DNA from: Alphaproteobacteria bacterium
GTDB taxonomy: Bacteria > Pseudomonadota > Alphaproteobacteria > UBA828
Direction of reading: 5' to 3'
NCBI GenBank assembly: GCA_965220745.1
Contig: CBDCQT010000013.1
Span: 288,001 to 352,000 of the forward strand
DNA: 64,000 nt
This document shows positions 19,278 through 29,629 of this stretch, one piece after another. The notes under the pieces were generated by a model. It had not been told where the DNA came from and did no database searches. It worked only from the letters and a program-made list of their open reading frames with translations. The translations under genes were made by a program, and so were the position numbers. Positions within the stretch are counted from its first letter, which is position 1, and each line of letters opens with the position of its first letter.

Positions 19278-20990
19278 CTAGCCTGAATCTGTCAGCCTAA
19301 CAGAGTCCGCGGCGGGAAGCTCCAGTCGGAAGCTTGCGCCGACAATGGCGCCCGCACCATCGCGCCGGTTGACGCAACTCAGCTGGCCGCCGTGGGCCTC
19401 GGCGATCTGGCGCGAGATGCTGAGACCGAGACCGGAGTGGGCGCCGAACGGCTCACCCTCCGGACGGTCGGTGTAGAAGCGCCGGAAGATCGCCTCCTCC
19501 ATGCCGGCCGGCACGCCGGGGCCGTCATCGTGCACGCTGACCATGACCGCGGCGCCGTCCCGGCGCAGCCCGAGCGTGATCGTCCCGCCCGGCGGGCTGA
19601 ACGAACGGGCGTTGTTGATGAGGTTCTGGAGCACCTGGGCGAGGCGGTCCTCGACGCCGAGCACCACGAATGGACCCTCGCCTTCGACTTCGACTCGTAT
19701 GGCCGCGGGGGCCTCGCCCATCGAGGCGGCAGCGCTGTGCATCTCGGCGAGCGTTGTCAGCATGGCGCCGACATTGACCGGCTCCAGTCGGGCACGGAAC
19801 AGTTCGGTATCGATCTTGGAGGCGTCGGCAATCTGGCTGAGCAGCCGGTCCAGCCGCTTCACGTCCTCGCCGACAAGCGCCAGCAGCTTCGCTCGCTTCT
19901 CTTCGTCGTCGACGCGGCGGGCGGTGTCGACGGCGGTGAGCACGGAACTCAGAGGATTCTTCACCTCGTGCGCGACATCGGCGACGAAACGTTCGATCGC
20001 GTCCATGCGCACCCAGAGCGCCTCGGTCATGTCGCGCAACGCACCGGAGAGCCGCCCGATCTCGTCGTTGCGCGACGTGAAGTCGGGAATGGCCACCTTG
20101 CGCCCGCCGCCGGCGCGCACTCGCTCCGCCGCCCGCGCAAGCCGGCGCACGGGCCGGGTGATCGTGCCTGCGAAGTAGAGGCTGAGGAGGATGGTGATCC
20201 CGAGCGCGATGCTGAACGCCTGGAGGATGGTGAAGCGGGCGTTGCGCACGCTCTCCAGCACGTCGTTGGCATCCGCCACCAACAGCAGGGCGCCCTGAAT
20301 CCGGCGGAACGGCTGGATCGGCGCGGACACGACGGCGACCAGCCGGGCGTCCTGCGTTCTGTGCATGGCGCGCCCGGCGGTACCCTGCAGCGCGCTCAGC
20401 ACCTTCGGGAAGTCGGCCGCTTGCGGGTTGAGCGGCTCGATGTAGAGCGGCACCGTCGTGCGCGGGGGCAGCCGCGCGGTGATCCAATCGTAAGCCGCGT
20501 CCGCCGCCCGGCCGAGGACTCCTCGGCCTTCCTCCGGGGGCGGCAACTCCGTCGTCTGCACAGGCGCCATCGGCAGCCGCCATGAATCGACGGCGAGGGT
20601 CCCATCGGCGTTGAAGAGCAGCGCGCGCGTATCGACCGGCAGGTTCAGTCGGTAGATCAGGCTCGCGGCGTCGGCCGGGCCGAGACCCGCTTCCGACGGG
20701 CTGGCGGTGTCCACCGCGCTTTCACCGAGCGCAGCGGCCAGCAGGGTGGCCTCGCGCGCGAGCGCGTCCAGCCTGTCGTCCATCAAATCGCGCTGCATTT
20801 GGTCGAGATAGAAGAAGCCCGCGACCAGCACCCCCAGAGCCATGACGTTGATGGCGAGGATTCGGGCCGTCAGCGGGAAGCCGATGCGCGGCCGCCGGCC
20901 CCGGCCGGCCTGCGCCCGGGGAGCGGTCGGCGCCGCCTTCAGATCGTCTTCGACCCGATCACGGCGTGGTGTATCGGTAGCCGACACCAT
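19278..20990 (-). CDS. chvG: Sensor histidine kinase ChvG/ExoS
   Basis: [43 protein letters not shown]; overlaps chvI. Confidence 0.85.
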   Translation of the reverse strand: MVSATDTPRRDRVEDDLKAAPTAPRAQAGRGRRPRIGFPLTARILAINVMALGVLVAGFFYLDQMQRDLMDDRLDALAREATLLAAALGESAVDTASPSEAGLGPADAASLIYRLNLPVDTRALLFNADGTLAVDSWRLPMAPVQTTELPPPEEGRGVLGRAADAAYDWITARLPPRTTVPLYIEPLNPQAADFPKVLSALQGTAGRAMHRTQDARLVAVVSAPIQPFRRIQGALLLVADANDVLESVRNARFTILQAFSIALGITILLSLYFAGTITRPVRRLARAAERVRAGGGRKVAIPDFTSRNDEIGRLSGALRDMTEALWVRMDAIERFVADVAHEVKNPLSSVLTAVDTARRVDDEEKRAKLLALVGEDVKRLDRLLSQIADASKIDTELFRARLEPVNVGAMLTTLAEMHSAAASMGEAPAAIRVEVEGEGPFVVLGVEDRLAQVLQNLINNARSFSPPGGTITLGLRRDGAAVMVSVHDDGPGVPAGMEEAIFRRFYTDRPEGEPFGAHSGLGLSISRQIAEAHGGQLSCVNRRDGAGAIVGASFRLELPAADSVRLTDSG

Positions 20991-21648
20991 AGAGCGTCTC
21001 GATCTGCGAGAAGGCCGGATCGATGGCCCTGAACTTCTTGCGGATGCGCTTGACGTGACTGTCGATGGTGCGGTCCTCGACGTAGATCTGGTCGCCGTAG
21101 GCGGCATCCATCAGCTGGTTCCTGCTCTTGACGTGGCCGGGGCGCTGGGCCAACGCCTTCAGCAGCAGGAACTCGGTCACCGTGAGGGAGAGCGCCTTGC
21201 CCTGCCAGGTGCAGAGGTGACGGTCCTCGTCCAGCACCAGCGCGCCCCGCACCATGAGCGCAGCCCCGTCGGCGCTCTGGGCCGGCTCGGCACGCCGCAG
21301 GACCGCCCGGATCCGCTCAACCAGAAGGCGAATCGAGAAGGGCTTGGTGATGTAGTCGTCCGCGCCCTGGCTGAGCCCATAGAGCTGGTCGTCCTCGGCG
21401 TCCTTCGAGGTCAGGAACACCACGGGGAGCGTCGAATGCTCCCGCAGCTGGGCGAGCAGCTCCAGACCGTCCATCTGCGGCATCTTGATGTCGAGTACCG
21501 CGAGGTCGACCGGCCGGCTCAGCAGGTCCTGCAACGCCTTCACCGGGTCGCTGTGGGGCCGGACCACGAAGCCCTCGGCCTCAAGCGCCATGGTGACCGA
21601 GGTGAGCAGGTGCTGGTCGTCGTCGACCAGCGCGATGGTCGCAGGCAC
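20959..21648 (-). CDS. chvI: Response regulator ChvI
   Basis: [61 protein letters not shown]. Confidence 0.9.
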   Translation of the reverse strand: MPATIALVDDDQHLLTSVTMALEAEGFVVRPHSDPVKALQDLLSRPVDLAVLDIKMPQMDGLELLAQLREHSTLPVVFLTSKDAEDDQLYGLSQGADDYITKPFSIRLLVERIRAVLRRAEPAQSADGAALMVRGALVLDEDRHLCTWQGKALSLTVTEFLLLKALAQRPGHVKSRNQLMDAAYGDQIYVEDRTIDSHVKRIRKKFRAIDPAFSQIETLYGVGYRYTTP

Positions 21649-21727
21649 CGTATCCCTCCTCCTCCTGCGGCCGCCCCGAGTATGGCTTCACTGTGGCGAT
21701 TTTAGGGCGCCGGATCGGCAGGTCACG

Positions 21728-23110
21728 TCAGTAGCGGGCGATCGGTCGCCGGGCGACGGCGAGAAAGCGGCCAGAAAGGAGAATGCTCGCACTAAGCGCG
21801 CCCGCCAGAATGCCCCACATCAGGCCGTCCACGCCAATCCCCACCACGAAAGCCAGCACGTAACCGATGGGCACCGTGATGAACCACCAGGAGATGAGCT
21901 GAAGTCCTGGCGGCACCCACACGTCGGCGACGCCGCGCAACGCGCCCATCAGCACCGCCTGCATGCCGTCGAACACCAGGATGATACCGCAAATGCCGAT
22001 GAGCGAGGCGGCAAGCGGCAGCACCAGGGGATCATCGGTGTAGAGCTTCGCGAGGGGCAGTCCGAGGCCAATGAACGGGCCGGCGAAGCACGCCATGAGG
22101 AATGCGATGAGCAGGACGCCCGCCCAGCCGGCGCGCACGATATCGGTGGCGTTGCGCCGGCCGACTGCGTTGCCGACCCGGACCATGCTCGCCCCGGCGG
22201 TGCCGATGGCGACCATGAAGACGAGCCCGATCAGGTTGTAGCCGATCTGATAGGCGGCGAGCGACACCGTGCCGAGATGGCCGGCGAACATGACCAGCGC
22301 GGCGAACGCCGCGGTCTCGAGACCCCGCGCGGCGCCGAGGGGGTAGCCGAGGCGCCTGAGCCGCTTCGAGATCACCCAGAAGTCGCCGGCGGGGCGGTGG
22401 ATGCCGAGCGCGCGGGCGTCCGCCTGGCGCAGCACGACGAGCAACAGAGCCCCGAACATGACCCAGCGCACCAGCGAGGTCGCGATGGCGGCGCCTTCCG
22501 CCCCCATCTCCGGGCCGCCCAGGTTGCCGAAGATGAGGATCCAGTTGAGCAGCGCGTTGAGCAGCACCGCGCCGAACATGACCAGCATGCCGGGGATCGG
22601 CCGGCTGAGGCCTTCCAGGAAGTGCGTGCACACCACCCACATCATCAGGGGCGGCGAGCCCCAGGCGATCATGTCGAGCACGCGGCCGCCGCCGGCGACG
22701 ACTTCGGGCGACTGGCCGGTCGCATCGAGGGTGTAGCGGCCGAGCAGGCAGATCAGGCCCATGACGACGCCGAGGACCGCGCCGTGGACGAAGCTCACGC
22801 GCCAGTACGCGCCGCAGGCGGCGTGGTCGCGCGCGCCGTGCGCCTGGGAGACCACGATCACCGTGCCCTGCAGCAGGCCCACGCCGATCAGGATCATGAC
22901 CACCTGCGCGGCATTCGCCGCCGCGTAGTAGGCCAGCGATGCGGTGCCGTAGTGGCCCAGCATGGCGGAATCGATCGCGACCATCACGAGCAGGCCCGCG
23001 CGCGCGAGGATCACCGGGCCGGCGAACCGGGCGGTCCGAATCAGATGGCGCTCGAACGACATGGCCCGGCTGGCGGGCCGCTCGGGCGCGACGGCGACTC
23101 CCTTGGTCAT
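21728..23110 (-). CDS. MATE family efflux transporter
   Basis: About 12 TM; IDSAMLGH, PEMGAEGAAIAT, FDGMQ...GALRG. Confidence 0.9.
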   Translation of the reverse strand: MTKGVAVAPERPASRAMSFERHLIRTARFAGPVILARAGLLVMVAIDSAMLGHYGTASLAYYAAANAAQVVMILIGVGLLQGTVIVVSQAHGARDHAACGAYWRVSFVHGAVLGVVMGLICLLGRYTLDATGQSPEVVAGGGRVLDMIAWGSPPLMMWVVCTHFLEGLSRPIPGMLVMFGAVLLNALLNWILIFGNLGGPEMGAEGAAIATSLVRWVMFGALLLVVLRQADARALGIHRPAGDFWVISKRLRRLGYPLGAARGLETAAFAALVMFAGHLGTVSLAAYQIGYNLIGLVFMVAIGTAGASMVRVGNAVGRRNATDIVRAGWAGVLLIAFLMACFAGPFIGLGLPLAKLYTDDPLVLPLAASLIGICGIILVFDGMQAVLMGALRGVADVWVPPGLQLISWWFITVPIGYVLAFVVGIGVDGLMWGILAGALSASILLSGRFLAVARRPIARY

Positions 23111-23174
23111 GGCGCCGGACCTTAGCCCGGAATTCTCACCAAGGTCATGGATTGCTGCCGCAACGGCAGCCCGT

Positions 23175-24491
23175 TTACTGCCCGTCCGGCGTCTTGGCGT
23201 TTAGGCCGGGATAGATGGGGAAGGCTTGGCAGAGTGTCCGCACCTCGGCACGGACGGCGTGCTCGACTGCCTCGTCGCGCGCGCCTGACGGCGCCATCGC
23301 GTGGAGCACATCGGCGATCCAGCCGCCGATACGGCGGAACTCGGCCTCGCCGAAGCCCCGCGTGGTCCCGGCTGCCGAGCCGAAGCGGAGGCCCGAGGTC
23401 ACGCGGGGAGGCTGCGTGTCGCCCGGCACCGCGTTCTTGTTGCAGGTGAGGCCGGCGGTTTCCAGGCTGTCGGAAGCGGCGGCTCCGGTGAGTCCGAGCG
23501 GGCGCAGGTCGGCGACCAGCAGCGGCGTGTCGGTGCCGCCGGCGACGATGGCGATGTCGCGCTGCATGAGCGAGTCTGCGAGGGCGCGGGCGTTGGCCAG
23601 CACCTGGGCGGCGTAAGCCTTGAACGAGGGCTTGAGCGCTTCGCCCAGGCAGACCGCCTTGGCCGCGACGGCGTTGAGGATCACGCTGCCCTGCACGCCG
23701 GGGAAGACGGCGCTGTCGAGCTTGCGCGCGAGCGCGGGATCGTCGGTGAGGATGAGGCCGCCGCGCGCGCCGCGCAGGTTCTTGTAGGTGGTCGCCGTGG
23801 TGACGTGGGCGTGGGGCAGGGGGCTCGGGTGCGCCCCGCCGGCGACCAGCCCGGCGAAGTGGGCCATGTCGGCGAGCAGGGTGGCGCCGACCGAGTCGGC
23901 GATGGCCCGAAAGCCGGCGAAGTCGATCGCCCTGGGGTAGGCCGAGCCGCCGCAGATGATGAGCCTGGGGCGGTGCTCTCGCGCCAGGAGCGCAACTTCG
24001 TCCATGTCAATGAAGCCCGCCGCATCGGTGCGATAGCGGATCGGATTGAACCACTTGCCGGTCAGGTTCACCGCTGCGCCGTGGCTCAGGTGGCCACCGG
24101 CATCGAGGGCCATGCTCAATACCGTGTCGCCCGGCTGCAGCAGCGCAAGAAAGGCCGCCTGGTTGGCCTGGCTGCCGGAATGGGGCTGGACGTTGGCGAA
24201 GGCGCAGCCGAAGAGCTGCTTGGCGCGCTCGATGGCGAGGGCCTCGATCTTGTCGGCGAACGCGGCGCCGCCGTAGTAGCGCGCGCCGGGCCGGCCTTCG
24301 ACGGTCTTGTTGACGATGACCGAGCCCAGGGCGTCGAGGCTCGCGCGGCTCACCAGGTTTTCCGACGCGATCAGCTCGATCCCGTCCTGCTGGCGGACGA
24401 GTTCGCCCGCGAGCGCCGCGTGGACCTCTGGGTCAACTGTTTGCAGGTGATCGAGGAAGTAACCCGGCTCGCGCGCCGGGGTGTCGCTCAT
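23175..24491 (-). CDS. Serine hydroxymethyltransferase-family PLP enzyme (non-canonical active site)
   Basis: [31 protein letters not shown]; PLP lysine in [11 protein letters not shown]. Confidence 0.9.
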   Translation of the reverse strand: MSDTPAREPGYFLDHLQTVDPEVHAALAGELVRQQDGIELIASENLVSRASLDALGSVIVNKTVEGRPGARYYGGAAFADKIEALAIERAKQLFGCAFANVQPHSGSQANQAAFLALLQPGDTVLSMALDAGGHLSHGAAVNLTGKWFNPIRYRTDAAGFIDMDEVALLAREHRPRLIICGGSAYPRAIDFAGFRAIADSVGATLLADMAHFAGLVAGGAHPSPLPHAHVTTATTYKNLRGARGGLILTDDPALARKLDSAVFPGVQGSVILNAVAAKAVCLGEALKPSFKAYAAQVLANARALADSLMQRDIAIVAGGTDTPLLVADLRPLGLTGAAASDSLETAGLTCNKNAVPGDTQPPRVTSGLRFGSAAGTTRGFGEAEFRRIGGWIADVLHAMAPSGARDEAVEHAVRAEVRTLCQAFPIYPGLNAKTPDGQ

Positions 24492-25276
24492 TGGGCGGCC
24501 GCCGGGGCGAACAGGCAATCGTCGGCGAGCGGCACCACCGGCGAGAAATCGGTGTGATGCTTGTACTCGGGCCGGGCGAACGCGGTCTGGGCGTTGGCGA
24601 CCGGGTTGAGGATGAGCGAGAAGATCGCGCGGTCCCACGGCGACATGTTGCCCGGCGAGCCGTGGACCATCAGGTCGCCGAAGATGAGCACCGTGCCGGG
24701 CGGGCCGAGCGCGGGCGTGATGCCGCCCACGGCAATGAGGTTCGTGACGGTCTCGCGATCCACCACCCAGAGCGGATAGCTCGTGCTCGTCACGTCGTGG
24801 AAGGTCGGCAGCGGCTCGTGCCGGTGGGAGCCGGGGATGAAATAGAGCGGCCCGTTATAGTGGCTCACCTCGTCCAGCAGGATGTGCAGGTTGAGCGCTT
24901 GGGGGGCAGGAACGCCGTCGTCCCGGTGATGGGTAGCGAAGTCGTAGTGCCACTGCCAGACATCGCCCTCGAACGCCGCCTTAACATTGACCTTGACCTG
25001 CTGGATGTAGAGGTCGGGGCCGGCGATCTGCCGCGCCGGTTCGACCAGGCGCGGATGGCGCACGAGGCGGTCGATGAGGTCGCTCCGCTGGTGCAGTCCC
25101 ATGATGGTACGGGGCGCGGTGCCCGCCTTTTCCCCGATATTGGCCTCGCTCTCCTCATCGAAGAGCGGCGGCAGGGAGGCACGGATCGCCGCCACCTCGG
25201 CCGCGGAGAAGAGGCCGGGGAGGATCAGCAGGCCGTCCCGGCGGAAGACCTCAAGCTGTTCGTCGTTCAACTTCAA
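24488..25276 (-). CDS. PhyH-family 2-oxoglutarate/Fe(II) dioxygenase (EctD/proline-hydroxylase-like)
   Basis: WQWHYDF (HxD), [20 protein letters not shown]; TTG start; 4-nt overlap with the SHMT gene. Confidence 0.85.
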   Translation of the reverse strand: MKLNDEQLEVFRRDGLLILPGLFSAAEVAAIRASLPPLFDEESEANIGEKAGTAPRTIMGLHQRSDLIDRLVRHPRLVEPARQIAGPDLYIQQVKVNVKAAFEGDVWQWHYDFATHHRDDGVPAPQALNLHILLDEVSHYNGPLYFIPGSHRHEPLPTFHDVTSTSYPLWVVDRETVTNLIAVGGITPALGPPGTVLIFGDLMVHGSPGNMSPWDRAIFSLILNPVANAQTAFARPEYKHHTDFSPVVPLADDCLFAPAAAQ

Positions 25277-25380
25277 CGGGCCGGCCTCGCCGCCCGCTCG
25301 GAGTCCCAGGCGAGAAGGGAGTGGGGCTCTCCCGCCAGCGGCAGGGAGAAGCCCCGAACCCCGTTACGGATCGCGACAGC

Positions 25381-26679
25381 CTATTCGGCGGCGGCAGGCG
25401 TGACGGCCCGGCGGCGCTTGGCCAGTGCGATCTCGTTCGGCGCGCGGTGATAGGCGCCGTCCTTCATGATCATGAGCAGGTTGTCGGCGTCCTGCATGAT
25501 GGAGACGTCCTTGGTCGGGTCGCCGTCCACCAGCAGCAGGTCGGCGAGGTAGCCTTCCTTGACCATGCCGACGTTGAGCCCCATGAGCTCGCCGCCCCAC
25601 TTCGTGGCGCCGATCAGCGCCTCGGCCGGCGAGTAGCCGAAGTGGTTGACGAAGTGCTCCATGTCGCGGGCATTGGCGCCGATCGGGTTCCAGGCGAAGC
25701 CGTAGTCGCCACCCGGCATGGCCCGGATGCCGCGCTTCCGCACTTCCTGATAGGTGCGGATGGTGTGCTCCATCTTGTAGAACATGTTGTAGCTCTCGGC
25801 GATCTCGCGGGTGATGCCCCACTCGCCGGCCTCGTGCGCGAACGTGTAGACGATGCCGAAAGCCGGGGCCATGAAGATGCTCTTCTTCTTGGCTTCCAGC
25901 ATGTCGAGGGTCTTATTGGTCGCGTAGTCGGCGTGGTAGATGATGTTGATGCCGTGCTTGAGCGCGAGGCGCACCGCCTTGTCCGCCCTGGCATGGGTGA
26001 TGATGTTGACGCCGGCTTCGCGGGCGACTTCGGCGGCCGCTGCGACCTCGGCATCGAAGTAGGTGATTTTCTCGGACTGCCCGGGCTGGCAGAATTCGTC
26101 GCCCGAGATGTTGATCTTCAGGTTGTCCACGCCCTCGCGCACGCAGAGCCGGCAGGCCTTGCGCACTTCGTCCGGCCCGTCGGCGATGAAGCCCACTGAC
26201 TCCTGGTGCATGTGCCACTTGCGTTCGTCGCCGAGCCCGCCTGACGACACGATCTCGGGCGAGGCCGCCTTGATGCGCGGCCCCGGATAGCGCCCGGCAT
26301 TGATCACGTTGCGCAGTACCGGCTCGATACGGATCTTGTTGTAGCCGACGCCGGCAGCCGAGAAGAGGCTCGTGAAGCCGTGGTCGATCATCGTGCGCGC
26401 ATTGTCGAGTGCGAGCACCATGTGCTCCTCCGGCGGGAGCGCCCCGATCTCCGGCAGGGTCGTACTGTCGATGTAGCAGACGTGGGCGTGGGGCTCGACA
26501 AGCCCTGGCATCAGGGTGGCGCCCGCGCCGTCCACCACGGTCGCGCCGTTGGCCCTGATCTTGCCCTTGCCGCGGGCGACCTTCTTGATGAGGTTGCCCT
26601 GCAGCTTCACCTCGCCCGCGAACGGGCGCTTGGCGTTGCCGTCGAAAATCATCACGTTCTTGAAGAGGGTCTCTGCCAT
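25381..26679 (-). CDS. Metal-dependent amidohydrolase (prolidase-like)
   Basis: LMPGLVEPHAH, GVDNLK, THAR, IYH, GGDYG, ADLLLVDGDP. Confidence 0.9.
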   Translation of the reverse strand: MAETLFKNVMIFDGNAKRPFAGEVKLQGNLIKKVARGKGKIRANGATVVDGAGATLMPGLVEPHAHVCYIDSTTLPEIGALPPEEHMVLALDNARTMIDHGFTSLFSAAGVGYNKIRIEPVLRNVINAGRYPGPRIKAASPEIVSSGGLGDERKWHMHQESVGFIADGPDEVRKACRLCVREGVDNLKINISGDEFCQPGQSEKITYFDAEVAAAAEVAREAGVNIITHARADKAVRLALKHGINIIYHADYATNKTLDMLEAKKKSIFMAPAFGIVYTFAHEAGEWGITREIAESYNMFYKMEHTIRTYQEVRKRGIRAMPGGDYGFAWNPIGANARDMEHFVNHFGYSPAEALIGATKWGGELMGLNVGMVKEGYLADLLLVDGDPTKDVSIMQDADNLLMIMKDGAYHRAPNEIALAKRRRAVTPAAAE

Positions 26680-26955
26680 CGTCTCAGCCTCCGTCTCGGG
26701 CGTGCGCTCCCCTGGTTCCCTGTGCCGCACGCCTCAGTAATCGGTTCGGCGCCCCGCGTCGCGCGACGCACGCCGCTGCGCACAGATTAGGCGCCCATTT
26801 AGGCCCCCGCAATCGCTAACCGGCGTGTGTGATCGAATTCTACGCGGTCTCTCGGTGTCTCCCCGTGCGGTATAGGCGCCTGAATGCGCGACGCAGGCCG
26901 TGACATTGGTGCGAAATCCGGGCTAAGACGCGCCCGCCAGTGCGGAGGACACCCC

Positions 26956-27543
26956 ATGAAGCTCTATTCCAGCCCGGCCACGCCCTTCGGCCGCAAGGCG
27001 GTGATCGTCGCGCGCGAGCACGGCATCGCGCTCGACATCGTGAATGTGAACCCCTTCGAGTCGGAGGAGCTGGAGCGGCTCAATCCGATCAAGCTCATCC
27101 CGGTGCTGGTGATGGACGACGGCACCGTGCTCTACGACAGCCACGCGATTTGTGCCTATTTCGACGGGATCGGGGAAGGACCATCGCTCTATCCCGACGA
27201 CGACCGCTGGGGTTGGCAGCGCCGCATGACGCTCGGCACGGCGCTCACGGAGTCGAGCGTCTTGTGGCTCTTCCAGAAGCGCCAGCCGGCGGACCAGCAG
27301 AGCGACAACCTCAAGACCCATTACGTGAAGCGGGTGCGGCGCATCACCGCGGCGCTCGAGGCCGAGGTGGATACGCTGGCCGCCGCGCCGTTCCGCATCG
27401 ATCACATCGCGGTCATTTGCGGCATCGGCCACCTGGAGTTCCGCCACGACGACTCGTGGCGGGCGGACTGCCCTGCGCTCACGGCGTGGTACGAAGGAAT
27501 CCAGAGCCGGCCGAGCGTCGCCGCGACGCAGCCCACCGACTGA
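26956..27543 (+). CDS. Glutathione S-transferase family protein
   Basis: MKLYSSPATPFGRK, NPIKLIPVL, YDSHAICAY. Confidence 0.9.
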   Translation: MKLYSSPATPFGRKAVIVAREHGIALDIVNVNPFESEELERLNPIKLIPVLVMDDGTVLYDSHAICAYFDGIGEGPSLYPDDDRWGWQRRMTLGTALTESSVLWLFQKRQPADQQSDNLKTHYVKRVRRITAALEAEVDTLAAAPFRIDHIAVICGIGHLEFRHDDSWRADCPALTAWYEGIQSRPSVAATQPTD

Positions 27544-27564
27544 CCCTGGCGGAAGGAAAGACCC

Positions 27565-28287
27565 ATGATCGACGTGCACTACTGGCCGACGCCCAACGGC
27601 AAGAAGGTGACCATTCTGCTGGAGGAATGCGGCATGCCCTATCGCCTAGTTCCTTGCCACATCGGGAAGGGCGATCAGTTCGAGGACTCGTTCCTCAGTA
27701 TCAGTCCCAACAACCGTATGCCCGCGCTGGTGGACGACGACCCGCCCGGCGGCGGCGCGCCGGTGAGCGTCTTCGAATCGGGCGCGATGATGATGTACAT
27801 CGCCGAGAAGGCCGGTCGCTTCTACCCGCAGGACCTGCACGGCCGCTACGAGGTCAACCAGTGGATCATGTGGCAGATGGCGAACCAGGGGCCGAAGTTC
27901 GGCGAGTTCGGCCACTTCCGCCGGCTGGGCGACGACGAGGGCGATCAGACCTACGCCATCACGCGCTTCGGCAACGAGGTCAACCGGCTCTACGGCGTCA
28001 TGAACAACCGGCTCTACGACCGGGCCTATCTCGCGGGCGAGGGCTACACGATCGCCGACATGATCTCCTATCCTTGGGCCGTCTATTGGGAATCGCAGGG
28101 GCAGGACATAAACGAATTCAAATACTTCAAGCGCTGGTTTGAGCAACTATCTGAACGCGAGGCGGTGCAGCGCGGCATGGCGGCCGGTGAAGACTTACCC
28201 GAGGACCCTGACACCCTCTCCGACGAAGAGAAGGAGCGGCGGCGCGCGCTGCTCTACAACCAGCGAGCGCGCCCCGCGCCGGGCTGA
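27565..28287 (+). CDS. GST, YfcG/YghU-type disulfide oxidoreductase
   Basis: WPTPNGKK, ISPNNRMPA, FESGA, QMANQGP. Confidence 0.9.
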   Translation: MIDVHYWPTPNGKKVTILLEECGMPYRLVPCHIGKGDQFEDSFLSISPNNRMPALVDDDPPGGGAPVSVFESGAMMMYIAEKAGRFYPQDLHGRYEVNQWIMWQMANQGPKFGEFGHFRRLGDDEGDQTYAITRFGNEVNRLYGVMNNRLYDRAYLAGEGYTIADMISYPWAVYWESQGQDINEFKYFKRWFEQLSEREAVQRGMAAGEDLPEDPDTLSDEEKERRRALLYNQRARPAPG

Positions 28288-28300
28288 GCGAACGTCTGCG

Positions 28301-28412
28301 CCCCCTCCTCACCCCGGCCCTCTCCTCCCCGCCGGGGAGGAGAGGGAGAAATTGAAGAGCGTCCCCTCAGCCTGCGTTCCCCCTTCGGGGGAGGGGGACA
28401 GGGGGAGGTGGG
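28301..28412. repeat. Second REP-like double-hairpin family, copy B
   Basis: Same CCTCACCCCGGCCCTCTCC...GGAGAGGGAG...GGGGGAGGGGGACAGGGGGAGG layout as 14580; between convergent genes. Confidence 0.8.
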
Positions 28413-28443
28413 CGTCGGCTAAGCTGCGTCGGCCTTCCGTGCG

Positions 28444-29475
28444 TCAGTCGACGGGTTTCCAGTCCCCGGCCGGCTTGAGCTTCTTGGCTTCGGGGATCAC
28501 CTCGGTGCCGAAGCGCTCGATCTGGTCTAGCTGCTCGGAAAGTTCGCCCGAGGGGCACTCCAGCATGCAGACCGCCATCGAGAAGCCGGCGTCGGCCAGC
28601 GCCGCGAGATCCTCGACGATCTGCTCGCCGGTGCCGGTACAGGTTTGGCGTGGATTGGCTTGAGAAGCCGGGTCGCTGGCGTCAGTGATGCGCGCGGTCG
28701 CGGCGCATAGCATCAGGAAGTCGGATGGGCTCCGGCCTTGCGCCTCCAGCTCGCGGCACACCTCGTCTTGGAGGCCGGTGTAGCGGTCGGCCTGTGTGTA
28801 CGAATCGAGGAAGAGCGGATAGAGGCCGTCGCAGAAGCGCGCGGCACGCCGTGCGCCCCTGATCGTGTTGCCGCCGAAGACGATGGGCGGGTGCGGGTTC
28901 TGCTGCACCGGCTTCGGGTCCTGGGAGACGTCCTTGAAGCTGTAGTAGTTGCCCTCGAAGGTGGCGAGGTCGCCGGTCCACGAAGCCTTATAGATCTGGA
29001 TGCACTCCTCGGTGCGCCGGTTGCGCTCCTCGTAGTCGATGCCGACCGCGTCGAACTCCTCGACCATCCAGCCGACCCCGACGCCCAGCATGAGCCGGCC
29101 GCCCGAGAGCTGGTCCACGGTCATGAACTGGCGCGCGTCCGAGAGGGGATGGCGATAGGGCGCGATGAGCACGCTGGTGGCGAGCTTGATGGTCGTGGTC
29201 TGCACCGCGACCGCGCCCATGACCACGGCGGCGTCCAGCATGTTGTGGCGGCGCTGGTAGGCGCGCTGGCCGGAGACGTTCGCGGTGTGGTGGCTCTCGG
29301 AATCGTAGGGCATGCAGACATGGTCGGGATACCAGATCGAGTGAATGCCCGCGCGCTCGGCGGTCTGGGCGACCCGGATCGGGTCCATCTGCTCCGCCGG
29401 CGTGTGGTGGAGGAACATGTTGACGTCGTCGCGGTAGGACTGACCGTGGGTGTTTCCGTAAAGCCCGACTTCCAT
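28444..29475 (-). CDS. LLM-class flavin/F420-dependent oxidoreductase
   Basis: W.PDHV, T.DQLSGGR..LGVGVGW..EEF, PKPVQ..HPPI..GG. Confidence 0.85.
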   Translation of the reverse strand: MEVGLYGNTHGQSYRDDVNMFLHHTPAEQMDPIRVAQTAERAGIHSIWYPDHVCMPYDSESHHTANVSGQRAYQRRHNMLDAAVVMGAVAVQTTTIKLATSVLIAPYRHPLSDARQFMTVDQLSGGRLMLGVGVGWMVEEFDAVGIDYEERNRRTEECIQIYKASWTGDLATFEGNYYSFKDVSQDPKPVQQNPHPPIVFGGNTIRGARRAARFCDGLYPLFLDSYTQADRYTGLQDEVCRELEAQGRSPSDFLMLCAATARITDASDPASQANPRQTCTGTGEQIVEDLAALADAGFSMAVCMLECPSGELSEQLDQIERFGTEVIPEAKKLKPAGDWKPVD

Positions 29476-29629
29476 GATGCATTCCCTTTCGTTCGCCCGG
29501 TTGCTGGCGCGGCGCGATTATGCCGCCCGCACCGCCTGCCTGGAAGCGCCGTCGCGCGCACGGTAGCCTCGAGCCGCCGGGCGAGTCGCGGGACCGCGCG
29601 GCCCTGACGCACACGGAGCGAGGGCGGTC

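Noticed and set aside
24488-25276. Calling the dioxygenase ectD and its neighbour glyA
   Set aside because: Signature residues differ from both and no ect genes are nearby
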